A DNA stretch of 64,000 nt from Mytilus edulis. Its lineage: Eukaryota. Below, piece by piece: positions 11,689 to 23,943 of this stretch. The stretch covers positions 58,900,001 to 58,964,000 of the forward strand of contig NC_092346.1 in assembly GCF_963676685.1 (NCBI RefSeq). Direction: 5' to 3'. The notes below the pieces were generated by a model. It did not search any database and was not told the DNA's origin. It saw only the letters and a program-made list of their open reading frames with translations. The translations under genes and the position numbers were made by a program. The first letter of the stretch is position 1. Every line of letters starts with the position of its first letter.

Positions 11689-13710
11689 GGAAATGACGGG
11701 GAAGGGCCAAATTAACATTCAAGCAGAGCAAATGCTGTTTAAATTAGTATGCGGGTTTTAAATATAGAGTGAAAGTGGAGTCATCTTTTTAAACTTAAGT
11801 TAAATATAACTTATGTAGACTTACCTTCTAATTCAATAAAAAAAAAAACACACGACTCAGAACTATGTCTAATTCACTTGGACTACTAATATGCAAACCT
11901 AAAAACAAAAAGAAATATATCATAAAATAGTGATTGAAAAATTCACAACACTGTGAAAGGATAATCCAGACACGTGTTACACGGGGAGCATGTTTGTTTA
12001 CAAATAATAATGTCACATGATCGCGCACTGACCTCGCATGTTGCATCGCCCTTACAATTCACCAATACATAACCATTTTCATGCAAACATGCAACGTGAA
12101 TGTGATTGGTTATCAAATAATACAAAAATAATGCATGAACCGTTGAAGAAAAAATTATTTCATCAAATAGATGGATTTTCACTTTCGACACGAATAGGTC
12201 GAGTTGACATTTCTGTCATCGGAGATAGTATTGAGATAAATGGGATAAAACGGACCGTCAAAAAGGTCTAGAGAAGCACATCAGTAGAACCTTAACATGA
12301 ATAAGTAATACTTACAAAAAATTCTCTAATTGATAAACTATATGACTAAAATTTCACGAAAATAACAATAAATAATTTTGTTCTTCGTGATGAAACTGCT
12401 TAAATTGGCGCGAAAAAATATTCTTACTCCTACTGCTTCACGTAAAAAAAAATGTATAGAATTGAATTCGACTACAGTTCAGCATAAAAAAAACGTGAAT
12501 ATGCAAAAGTCTGATAATATGTTAATGAAAAAAGTGTGTATAAATTTTCGTAAACGAAGTTACCTGTATACTTCACCAAGAACTACATTTGAGCGCAAAG
12601 ATCGTATGTGTGATTTGGCTTATGTAACAATCGTCAATCGGAACTACTCGGCTATTCACTTCGTGCAACCAGAAAGGCCGAGTAGTTCCGATTGGTAACA
12701 AAGTACAACATGATTAATGGAATTTTTTGCGTTGCTATTAAATCATTGAAACCACGTGATTGAGGCCATCTATTTTTATTGCGGGTTCCACATATCTAAA
12801 TCGGAATTATAGAAAAAATGGAATTTTGTGAGCAGAATCAAAACAGAAATGATGAACACTGCAACATTTCCATCAAAATAAAAATAGGATGGAGGATCTG
12901 TGTATTCACATTATTTGTAAAACTCTCCTTCTTCCTGTGAAGCGTGTGCTTTACATCGAGGCTTATTATGCTAAGCATCGACGCCACAGTACTTCAACCA
13001 ATCAGACAATGTTTATTTGGGGCATTCTATCTAATTTTACTCAGATTTTGGAATATTTTAATCGAAATTATAGAAAAATGGAACATTGTTAGTACATATA
13101 AAATAGAAAAAGATGAATACTTTTAGCTGGAGATAATTTGGATGGGGGTTCTGTGTATTCACATTATTTGCACAACTCTCCTTACTGATGCCATATTTTG
13201 GAATTTCCGTGACCTAAATGGTTCGCGAAAATTAATATTTTTATATATAGTATAGTAAAAAGGGGGCAAGAAGGGTTCCATTAACAGGCCAATAAATAAA
13301 ATCACAGTTAATTATAAAAAGAATAAAAAATAGTTTTTTTTTCTCTCATAATAACAGTAAACAGATTCATAACAATGTCAATTTCAAGAAAGCAGACAAC
13401 AGTTAATTACTAGTAGTCAATAACAGTACAGCATCAATGATCTTGACTGAATATTTGCCACTTTTAACTAAAATATAAAGGCACAGAACCAGGACATAGG
13501 AGCACAGAACCAGGACCGTTTTTCTTAACACCAGCACATCGTCAGGACAATTCCGTTTAACGAACTTGCACGACTTTTGCAATTTTATATTGTTGTAATA
13601 TACTTTGCATGGTAATTATGACGCATCAGAGAAAAATTAAGCAACAAAACAGTCGTTTTATTGCCGTTCTGATACAATGTAAACAAACCCACCAGCACAG
13701 AATCAGGACC

Positions 13711-13779
13711 CACCAGCACCCGTCAGGACCAAACCACCAGCACAGTACGTTCTCTCGCAGGACAACCATACCCACCGTG
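13711..13779 (-). repeat. Right terminal inverted repeat with RSS-like heptamer CACGGTG
   Basis: Ends ...CATACCCACCGTG and is followed by the TATGT duplication. Confidence 0.95.
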
Positions 13780-14712
13780 TATGTTATCTTTAACTAATCT
13801 GGAAAAAAAACATCATACAGTTATATTGGTGGTACAAAAATTAATGATGGTTTACAATATTTCACCAATTTTTTTTTAGATAGTTTGTTTATTTTACATT
13901 ATATTTATCCATTTGTTTATACCTTTTTTAAATTGTAAGCTTATTAAAAATTAAACATTTTCTTGTCAAAAATCTATTTTCTTCAAACTAGCGGAAGATT
14001 ACTTTAACAAAACTTATAAATCTTCACCAATATCGAAAGCAAGGTTTGCCAAATATGTACTAGATTTTAACACTTGTGTAACTTGCTTATAATTTAATTT
14101 GTGACATTGTTATTATTCTCCTTAACTGTAACCTCATTTTTGGTCGGTGTTAATGACTTAACTAAAAAAATATACATATATATATATATAGCATATACAG
14201 TTTTCCAAGAAGACATTTATTGGCTTCCTCCAATGCTTAGATCTCTATTATTATTCTCTGATTATTCTGTGTATTTTCCCAAGTTCTCCCGTGATTTTAT
14301 TTATTTTTTTTTTGCTCCCATGATTTGGATTTGTTTTGTTTATTCTTCCGATAGTTTGAAAAGTATTTTCGATAACTACTAAATCGAAGCATATACATAG
14401 ACTATCAGTTAAAAGATTACAGTTTATTTTTAATATTTTTTCTAAGCTCTTCATATTGTATGACCGTTCATTAAAAACACGCAATCATATAGGTTATTTC
14501 ATTATTCTATATTATAATAAAAAGATTAGTTAAATAAAAATTATCAGTTTCACATAGATAATTTAACTAACTTGTCAAAACTATTATAAAAACATTGTAT
14601 ATCGATGGTCATTACCGATTTGATATAACGGGTGAATGGCAATATGTCGACTTAAAAAAAATCCAAAGCTTTCAATGAACCGTTACACAAGAAGTCACTG
14701 GAAAGTAACATA

Positions 14713-15727
14713 TACTGAGTGCCAATGAAAACGCAACACTTTTATTTTTCATAAAAATCTTATAATTTTTATTTTATTTATATTATAACTTTGTATAGTT
14801 GGTTGAAAATGACTTTTAAGACAATTGTCGACAACTTCACGGTTTTCTGACAACCAGCGACATGCAGTTTTGGGCATGATCCATTGAAGCCTTTTACAGC
14901 GTACAATTACGAGAAGACTGAAGTTGTAGCCTCTACAATAACCCAAATCATACACAAATTCAACCAAAATAGATCATTTAATGACAAGCCACATCCTGGG
15001 GTACAAAAAGCAAAAAACGCTCAGCAAGATCGATAAATTTGGTCTTTAACATATTTGATATGACTATGATGGCTGTCCAAAGGTCACGAGAGTTCAATGG
15101 TGGTCACGGTAGAACCTTTGGAGCAATTTCAGTAAAGTACCATTTGCGCAGAAATTGTTAAAGAGCACCACAGACTTTCCTTAGTGACATCTAAACGGCC
15201 GTCTGGCGTAAACATCGAATTCTGTAGACTAAAAAAAACAATCAGTTTGTTCCAAAAACCGTCAGTGGTGGTTACATAGACATTTGGCACCTGCCTTGGC
15301 CAAAATCATGCTGTTCGCCGAATTTTGGTCCGATCGAGCAAATTTTGCATCCGATTTGACATGGATTAGACGATAAAACCCACCACCAATATCATAAAGT
15401 AAGCTTGTTTGCTTTGCTTGACAAGTGGAATAACATTACCCGGGATCACATTAAACGTCCGGGATGATCAATTCCATGGCATTGTCGAGATTGCGCTGCA
15501 CCACGGGGTTGTAACAGTTTTAGATAGGACTGTGAGTTGATGATTCGACATTGGATGTTTCGTTTACCTATTGCGCCCGAAAGATGACGATGAAACAGTT
15601 TTGTTTGATGTCGATCTATTGTAAAAATTGTAAATTTTCTAGAACAATTTAATTTGAAAGATTATCATTTCTAATATAAATTTTATTTTTGAAAAACCGA
15701 GTGTTGCGTTTTCATTGGCACTCAGTA
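14713..15727 (+). mobile_element. Tc1-family non-autonomous transposon, copy 2 (opposite orientation)
   Basis: Same TIRs and TA TSD as 6499-7660. Interior is the reverse complement with substitutions and a deletion. Confidence 0.85.
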
Positions 15728-16125
15728 TAGTTTATTTAAGTATTGCAGTCATGTACGATATTTAAGTTCTAGAGCTTCTTAAAAATACCGTAGACATATC
15801 GGAATGACCCAAGACCTCGGTATCACTGTACGCATCTACAAAAGCTAGCTCTTCTCTCGCAAACAAAAGGTGTAAATGAAAAAGATCGTGCACAACCAAG
15901 ACTTGCAAATTCAAAATTTAAAAAGCTACGATACCATGTGGAAGTAAATGTCACCCCAAGCCTACATGCAAGAATATAATTAGCGATGAAAACTTACTAT
16001 GGCATCTAATTTTTACGTAGTATTTGAATTATAAAATTAATAAATTGTCATGTAACCATCATTGTTTTTTAGATAAAGTTTTTGTATTATTCCAACTTTT
16101 ATAATGTAATTTAAAAAAAAATACC

Positions 16126-16268
16126 TATATGGTCCAAATACTCATATGGTCCTGCCCGTTAATAACCAAACTAGTATTATACTCATCTGGCCGTCGGACC
16201 ATATGAGTATACGCATATGGTCATGACCATACGCGTATGGTCCAAATACTTATATGGCCCGGAACATA
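16126..16268. repeat. Short MITE-like repeat built of CATATGGTCC units
   Basis: Repeated ATATGGTCCAAATACT units and an internal palindrome (CATATGGTCATGACCATACG). Confidence 0.55.
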
Positions 16269-16715
16269 TATATAAGCAGGTTTATTTTACGAAAGTATTT
16301 TGAAATGTTTTTGAATGAGTCGAATTAGGAAAACTCAAATGTCTTGAAAAAGATAGTTCTTTAAGTTGCTATGTATATTTGTGATGAAGTTTTTTTAATA
16401 AAGACTTCTAGATTATAATGTGCAAAAGATGAGAAAATAACTATATATATGCAGTAATGAAACTCCGACAGGAATTAAGATGGATTAACATCTATATCCT
16501 TGCTGATTGAGAGACAACATCTCCTATTTTATCATACATATATTATCTGCAGTATTACCAAATTTTCACAGACTGATCGATTCCCAAGCATCTAATAGTA
16601 AGCCTCTATTGATCTGTTCACGATTCCAATAATTTATTCATAACATCCGCCATTTAAAGAATAGATGGAACTTTGTATTGATTATACTAACCATGTGTAT
16701 CTGTGTTTGTAAATA

Positions 16716-18770
16716 ATGTCACGTTACATGAAAGCAGAGAAGAAACAGTTCTCCAAAAATGTTCACGACTTTATTATTCGTCCATTGTTGCGACAGCGGC
16801 AGACAGGAGAACTATGCGACATCACATTGGTAATTAACGGGAAAAAATTCAGTGCACATCGTTCAATTCTTGGATTATGGAGTCCATATTTTCTTTCAAT
16901 GTTTACTTGCGATATGAGAGAAAAGTCTCTAGAGGAAATAGATCTGTCTGAATCCCTTGTTTTAGATGATGACGATGTATTTGGTCTAGTTTTAGATTAC
17001 ATGTATACGGGATCGTTAACCATCTGCATAGAGAATGTAGAAGCAGTATTAAGAATCTCAAACTTTCTGCTTTTGGATGATGTGAAGGAATACTGCAGAC
17101 AATTCTACATAGACTTAGGTAATTTGGACTTGTCCAATTGTCTCCGGGTCAGATTTTTAGCTGAAACCCATAATTTATTAGATGTTTGTAATGCCTGTCA
17201 AAAGATGATTGAGTCGCGCTTTCATGACTATCTTATTTTCCAGCCTGATATCATAGCACTACCCCCACAATATTTTTTCCAGTTACTGGAGGATCCAAGA
17301 AACGTGATTCATTCGAATTATTCTGACCTCAAAAAACTAATACAAAAATGGGTCGATTTCGATCGAGCTACACGAATAGATTTTCATGAAGATTTGAGTG
17401 CTTGCATCAAACTTTGGGTATGTGACTCAACAGATACGCCGAGTACTATGCTGTCTTTCGGTTGCATGGATTTCTATAAAAGTGAAATATCTATGCAATC
17501 TTCGCTTACAGACGGCAATCGTAAGGCCAAAGGGTATGTTCTTCTATCTCAAGTGCGAGACAATGTCATGCACGGTTCTTTTGGAATGCAGGAAGATCCA
17601 AAACCAGTATTATATAGTGTAGTATGTAATCAAGGTATGAAATATATTAAGATGCTTGTTTACAGTATTTTTGACAGAAAATGGTACAGTTTCCCTATAC
17701 CGGGAGAAAAACTATCACATTTAATCCCAACAAGACAGACCGTCTGTAGTCTTGTATCTTACAGAAGTTGCTTATATATGTATTTATGTTCTAGTTTTCC
17801 GTATCCCACTGATATGTTAAAGATAAATATACTGATGATAGATATGCTGAAAGGAGCTCCCGTTCTCTATTCATTCCGTACTACAGATTTCTACAACCCT
17901 AGCTACCGGACTACCTTAACGAACTATAGATCCGTCCCTCCAGCTATTGTAGCTTGTAATCACCACCTATATATTGTTGGCAACAGAGAAGGAACAGGAA
18001 ATATTTTCATGTGCAATACAACTAATCAGCAGTACAAATGTTTTCAAATTCCTGGTGCTCGTTTTATCAGTCTCGCCAGAGCTGTTGTTAAGAATGATCG
18101 ATTCATATTTCTTTGGTTTAGACATAGAACTGGCCCATCAGAAGAATTCAGTATCAAGAAAAATATTGGCTTCGTTATGTTTGATTCTAAAAATAGAATA
18201 TTCAATTCTTGGGAAATATCTCCTCCTGAGATTTCTTATGATGATTTTTCATCTCCATACACTTTGTGTGTAAGAGACGAGACGGTTTTAATTTACCACC
18301 CTGGTAAACCGGCACTTGTTCTTGATGAAGTAAGATACAAATGGATCATATCGTTAAGAAAAGTTCCATCCTTAGAGATAACCAAATATGCAGATGCATA
18401 TGGCTTCCATCTACACGTGGCAACAAACAATGGGATATTTGTTTTAGAAAATGATGCACCATTTACTACCTCAATGTACGAAATAAATGAAACGTTTCCT
18501 CACCCGATCGTTCACGTTCCTCCACCAATAGATAATTTATCTTTAGTTGCGGCTGGATATTTATCAAGTCAAGATTTAAACGGACTTGAAGTATTCGATA
18601 AATATGACGAATGCTATGCAAATGCTCTTCATGTAACAATGAAACTGTCCGAACCAGAAACCGAAGATAGCGGAACCTCGCCTTCGGACCGTGACTCGGA
18701 GAACGATTTTGAATATGATGAGGATATATATGATTATGACTACGATCTAACGGGTGAATACGGGTTCTGA
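16716..18770 (+). CDS. BTB/POZ-BACK domain protein with divergent kelch-like C-terminus (KLHL/KBTBD-like Cullin-3 adaptor), single coding exon, 684 aa
   Basis: BTB: CDITLVINGKKFSAHRSILGLWSPYFLSMF...LDYMYTG. BACK: SNCLRVRFLAETHNL. Beta-rich C-terminal half and an acidic Tyr-rich tail. Uninterrupted 2-kb ORF. Confidence 0.9.
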   Translation: MSRYMKAEKKQFSKNVHDFIIRPLLRQRQTGELCDITLVINGKKFSAHRSILGLWSPYFLSMFTCDMREKSLEEIDLSESLVLDDDDVFGLVLDYMYTGSLTICIENVEAVLRISNFLLLDDVKEYCRQFYIDLGNLDLSNCLRVRFLAETHNLLDVCNACQKMIESRFHDYLIFQPDIIALPPQYFFQLLEDPRNVIHSNYSDLKKLIQKWVDFDRATRIDFHEDLSACIKLWVCDSTDTPSTMLSFGCMDFYKSEISMQSSLTDGNRKAKGYVLLSQVRDNVMHGSFGMQEDPKPVLYSVVCNQGMKYIKMLVYSIFDRKWYSFPIPGEKLSHLIPTRQTVCSLVSYRSCLYMYLCSSFPYPTDMLKINILMIDMLKGAPVLYSFRTTDFYNPSYRTTLTNYRSVPPAIVACNHHLYIVGNREGTGNIFMCNTTNQQYKCFQIPGARFISLARAVVKNDRFIFLWFRHRTGPSEEFSIKKNIGFVMFDSKNRIFNSWEISPPEISYDDFSSPYTLCVRDETVLIYHPGKPALVLDEVRYKWIISLRKVPSLEITKYADAYGFHLHVATNNGIFVLENDAPFTTSMYEINETFPHPIVHVPPPIDNLSLVAAGYLSSQDLNGLEVFDKYDECYANALHVTMKLSEPETEDSGTSPSDRDSENDFEYDEDIYDYDYDLTGEYGF

Positions 18771-18944
18771 ACTCAATTGACGCAAGTTTATTATGTATAT
18801 TATGTTATCAATAATCTAAGTCGTTATATTAGAAAATTACAAATATATTTCTACTACGTATTACTGTTTTTTGTTTGTATAGAAACATCCGTTCGCTTCT
18901 CAGTTTCAAAATAACTAACTTTTCAAAACACTAGTATATATTGA

Positions 18945-19289
18945 TAGGGGGTTAATAAAGGAAATAAAAGAGCAAAAAAAAAAAGTATATAGGTCAATGT
19001 GCTTGTTTTCGAGATATTAGGCATTGAAATTTTGGCGGGAAAATGTTCTCTCTTGACTTTTCATAGCTTTATCATTGACAAGTTTAAGATCTCAAAAACT
19101 ATCAAAAAATGATAAAAAATTTAATCAGACTTTTAAAGATGGCTTATCATAATACATGTAAACGATTTATAAAAAGAAAAATGGGGGTTAATGGGCAAAT
19201 TTTTATAAGGCATTCAAATGAATAAAAGCAGAGGATTCCGAAAAACTGACAAAAAAAATCCAAAACTTGCAAGCAAATAACCTCCTTAA
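18945..19289. mobile_element. Degenerate Kolobok-like MITE
   Basis: Right end ...AATAACCTCC followed by TTAA. TTTTCGAGATAT and TTTGGCGGGAA motifs. Left end eroded. Confidence 0.4.
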
Positions 19290-20139
19290 TCATCTTTTTC
19301 TCATTCTGAAAAATCACATTATTTCCTAAACGTAAGTTCGTACTATTTAGAAAAAAGGGATAGTCAACAGTCAGTTAATACCAAATTCCATAATAAACAA
19401 AAACACAACCATTCAGATATAAATTAAAACAACCACTGACATGATTTCTGAACTACTACAAACATGTGTACATTTGGCGGAGTTGCAGCTCAGAAGTACA
19501 AGTATTTATTAATCTTTCTATTTGGCTCATCGTGTAACTTTTTCATTAATTTATCGCTTGCAACAGAGAAGATTAAACAGTAAAAAAACAAGTATCTAAA
19601 GCCATATGCCAACTTTTCAAAATGCCCATGGGGGTTTTTGCTTGCAAGATGGCAGTCATATAGTCCTAAAAAAAAACCTTCAAGAGGGCCTGCAAATACA
19701 TTGTAATGTTGTTTTTTGGCTTCTTCATACTTTTATAAGCCTAAGTTCATTGGAAAATTAATTGTTTTGTTTAAATTGTGGACCGTGAAAATTGCTCTTT
19801 CAAAATTTCAATTTGGGAGCCTTCATGGGGGAAATCCCCCACCACTAGTTGGCAGGTATGCAAAGCTGGAAGACATGGACATCAAATCAAACGCCAACAC
19901 AAACCGTGGATCGGATGAGAGAAAAAAACAAGATAACAAACTAACAAGAGCCAAAAACACACAGGAAAGCACAAAGTACAAAGTAACGGAAATAAAAAAA
20001 AAACACAACAAAAAAACCAATATAAACATGAATGATTGATTGGTGATTGTTTTACGCAGCATCAGCACAAAAAGTCTATAAAGCGGAAAACAAACTAAGA
20101 AACGATTCAAAAAAGGCAAACATTTTTTGGCGTTTTTGA

Positions 20140-20289
20140 CTATAATATTATTTAGAAAACTATAGGAGCTAGGTTAAAAGTTTGAAATGAACAACTTCAT
20201 GGCAAGTATTATGTTTTTGACTATTATTTAGAAAACTATTGGAGCTAGGTTAAAAGTTTGAAATGAACAACATCATGGCAAGTATTATC
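20140..20289 (+). repeat. Direct tandem duplication (~76 bp)
   Basis: TATTTAGAAAACTATxGGAGCTAGGTTAAAAGTTTGAAATGAACAACxTCATGGCAAGTATTAT occurs twice. Confidence 0.85.
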
Positions 20290-20457
20290 TACCCCAAAAA
20301 TATCAGAAAAATCTGAAGACCCTTTGTTGAGTTATTGCCCGTGACATGTTAGTGTGTATCACCTCTTAGTTTTAACTGTAATGTTCAAAACTGTGAAAGC
20401 TAGATTAAAAGTTATACTCTGAAAATTGAAGAGGAATCTGTCATCGTGTTTTGGAGT

Positions 20458-20735
20458 AAAAGAGGGGCGAAAGATACCAGATAAAAAAGTCAAACTCATA
20501 AATCGAAAATAAACTGACAACGCCATGGCTAAAAATGAAAAAAAAACACAACAGACAAATAATAGTACACAAGAAACAACATAGAATACTAAAGACTGAG
20601 CAACACGAACCCCACAAAAAATGGGGGTGGTCGCAGGTGCTCCGGAAGGGTAAGCAGATCCTGCTTCACATGTGGCACACGTCGTGTTGCTCATGTTATT
20701 ATAAATCCGGTAAATAGTATAAGTCGGTAATATTC
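20458..20735 (-). mobile_element. 3' end fragment of Penelope-like element
   Basis: Matches 39930-40200, the downstream region of the RT fragment. Confidence 0.8.
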
Positions 20736-21830
20736 ATGTTTTCGAGTCTTTGCAATTTTTCTTTCATTCTAAATATTTGTGAATACATGTATGTACTAAA
20801 ACTAATGATAAATCACAAATATAAACCAGACAAATCAAAAGCAAATCTAAAATATTTGTATTGCTGCGCTTTATCTGAAAGTCACAATAAAACTGTCAAA
20901 ACAGAGTTAAAGCTCACACTCCATGCACTGTATGTTCAAGAACTATAGTTCGAGCATAATTCTTTGCTCGATTTCTTTCACGATACAACTGTGTATTGAA
21001 GATCACAACTTCAGTGTAACATCAAATCATTATAAACTATGTCGATTTAAGAATTATAAATATACTGTAATAGATCAAATACCCGACAATCTCTTCGCAA
21101 AATACAGAATATTCATGCGCATTTAAACAACCACGTGTTCACCAAAATGAAGATCTATGAAAATGGAAAATAGTTTCAGTGGATTTCAAACCAATATCGA
21201 AAACAGAAAACAGGCCAAAAAGAGATAAGGAAGTAATACACAGTAACAGAAGTTATCTCTAGAACCATAAAAATATAAGAGAATATGCCACAAGCATGAA
21301 GGATGATACTTTTCCCAGCTTGAGACAGCACTAAATATACTAGTAATGGAAATGAAAGGATATACTGTGACCAGTGGATCGAACAGCGTCATTTTGGCGG
21401 CTATGTGCTATACATAATTTCGTGTTTTATGACGTGGAAGATAAAAACGACAGCTTACGTAAAGAAAGGTAAGACATCATGTTTGGTAATAGGTTATGGC
21501 AATTTCCTTTTGAACATGTCCAAAGTATGCGCAATGACAGTAGAGGCGGGAAGCGGGTTCCAAGAGTTTACTTCTCGATTTGAGAAAAGTTTTTTTACTA
21601 ATAGTAATATCAGTTGCTTGACTTATCTTACAGTTGTGGCCTCTAGTATGCGATATACTCATTTCGAATAAATTGTCTGTTTATATGTTTTACATATATC
21701 ATGTTTCCATCTTCTAGATTTAAGTGACTCTAAATCAAATGCGAGTGACGGCATCTACGTTATGTATCATGTATTATAAGTTACAGTCAAATAACTTCAA
21801 TCTACTTATAAAGGTTGGCCTTCTTTTATT

Positions 21831-22012
21831 TTAAGGGTCCCTATAATTTAGGGGTAGGGTTCATTCATTGTAATGGTTAGGTTAGGGGATGTTTTAGGTT
21901 AGGGTTATGTTTGATGGTTAGGGCTAGTGTTATGGCTAGGTATGGGTTAGGGTAAGATTTTATGTTTAGTATAGTTTAGAAATGCTCTATAAGGGTCGGG
22001 ACCCCTAAAGTA
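21831..22012. repeat. Degenerate telomere-like (TTAGGG) tract bounded by inverted GGGTCCC/GGGACCC motifs
   Basis: GTTAGGTTAGGGG, TTAGGGTTA and GGGTTAGGGT inside TTTAAGGGTCCC...GGGACCCCTAAA. Confidence 0.6.
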
Positions 22013-22186
22013 AATACAGTTTCTCAGTGTTGTATATAAATTTTACTAAATAAAACAATTTGAAAGGTTCGACCTGTTGTTGTAAATGATGGAGCTAAAA
22101 TTGGGTATATAGGCCCTACATCACAAATAGATTTTAATAGGAGCGGTTCTGAAATTCTCAGATTGTGTGCAGGTAGATTTTTTTTT

Positions 22187-23943
22187 CATTTAGGGATAAC
22201 ATCAAGAAAGATATTTTAAAGATGACAAAAAGTAACATCAAGTGTGACGAAAAGATAAGATTTTTACAGTCTGTGTGTAAAAATAACAAAGTTCTTCCTT
22301 TACCAGAAAAAATGCTTCCTACTAATATTATCCAACACAAATCCTTACCAAAAGCAACAGAGAGAAAAGGTAAACGACCAGCACCAAACCCTAGCGTTTA
22401 TGACTTTCCCGAGGAATACTGGCCATCACCAGACACAGAACTAGTACCTTCAGACATGAGTGCAAATCAGGTAGTACAGTGTATCTATGCTAACTAATAA
22501 AACAATATGATTATATGGTTCTCATAATTCCAATAAGTAATTTTTAAGAATCTTTTGAAAATTGTAAAGTCAATCTATATTAGTGGTAAAAAAAAACGTC
22601 AATAGTTCGTCGTACTGTAAATAAGGTCAATGGTTGTTTTAAAATATTATTGTAGTTGTAAAAGTAATTTAAAGAAATATTAATAATATTGTTATTTCAT
22701 TTCATACTTATGTTATACTACATGACTTATAGTAATTATAGATTGTTTTTACGATGCTAAGAAAAACAAACATACTAAAGATAATTAAAATTCATAATAT
22801 GACAAACTTGGTCAACAGAAAAAAAACCACATGAAAGATAAAAAAAAATATACCAAAAAAATACTTAAATTCTGAAAACTCTCTAAAAAAAGGGAGTATA
22901 AGGGACAATTGACAGCCACACAAGATAAAATATTTTATTGTTGTAAAACTATCTTCAGCTATTGATGGAGTGTAGCAGAGAAAAGAGAAGGAAAAGAGAA
23001 AACCATTCTAACAGTGCTGTAGAACCTCATTCGTAAGTATGTCCTTTTACTTTCTTGTACTTGGCACTATTTACTGATTGGTTGAAATTTAACAATAGTA
23101 TTAAAAAAAAGAATTTGTCAGTGATTTTGTTTTTAAATGATTACGTTAAGCTGGAAATAGTATGTTACAGCGTTCAGTAATGTCACATCTAGGACAGCAA
23201 TCTGATTAAAACTCTGATCCATATTTACTCGTGTGCTCGAATATATAAGGAAATTTACTTATACCTTAATAAGTTATATATGGCATTTTCAGATCACACA
23301 AGCTCGAGAAAAACTTGACTTCTTAACAGAGAAATGGAACACAGACACTAATAAAATTCCCCATATTACTAACAAAAGGGTTGTTTTCAAGCTGAATATT
23401 CAAACACGATTAACCAAATAAATTTAAGCCTTTTTCGCCATTTATCCAGGAGGTTGTTTTAAAGAAAACTTTTAGCATAAAAAATGCGTAGGTTATTGCA
23501 TTTAAAATAAATTGAATTGGGTATAACTTAGTTAAAGAAATTCCTGTCCTTATTCTTATCATTACACACCGGTTATAATGTAAGTTTTGAAAATCAGTGG
23601 TAAGGATTTATCGAACTTAATAGCTATGAGTTAAATACACTCAACGGCTTCGACTGGAATTGATTTAAGCAAGGACCGTTACATCTAGTCTGTAAATGGA
23701 ACCTGAGATCGCTCCTTTTTCATTATTTATCTAATTTTGGAAAGTTTTGAACAATGAAAAAAAACACTCAATGTATAATTTTACAGATCGTCTCTAGACC
23801 TTTTAAATGCAGTAAGAAGAACTGAACGTTTGCCAATTGTCTTCCTAAAACAGAATCTTTCTATGGTAAAACAAGCACTTAGTTATCCTGATAGTACAAT
23901 ATTTGAACAGAAAATCACAGAGAAGAGAAAGACCTTTGTCAAG
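22187..23943 (+). pseudogene. Multi-exon gene or gene fragment of unknown function (possibly transposon-borne)
   Basis: Exon-like segments with AG/GT borders: ~22196-22470 (DNIKKDILKMTK...PSVYDFPEEYWPSP..NQ), ~22959-23032, ~23293 onward (ITQAREKLDFLTEKW), 23787-23943 (SSLDLLNAVRRTERLPIVFLKQNL...TFVK). Confidence 0.4.

Larger units (their letters stand above)
1326..13779. mobile_element. RAG-like (RAGL/ProtoRAG, Transib superfamily) transposon, non-autonomous, internally decayed
   Basis: 69-bp TIRs (1326-1394 / 13711-13779, one mismatch) begin CACGGTGGGTATGG. 5-bp TSD TATGT at 1321-1325 and 13780-13784. Subterminal GTGCTGGTG..GTCCTGA repeats at both ends. Convergent RAG1-like (+) and kelch/PHD-like (-) remnants inside. 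Confidence 0.8.

Noticed and set aside
17398-18273. Alternative-frame ORFs within the BTB gene
   Set aside because: Short overlapping frames with no independent support.
16716-18770. BTB-kelch-like gene as part of the RAG-like system
   Set aside because: It lies outside the TIR/TSD boundaries and has BTB-BACK, which RAG2 lacks. Proximity is probably coincidental.
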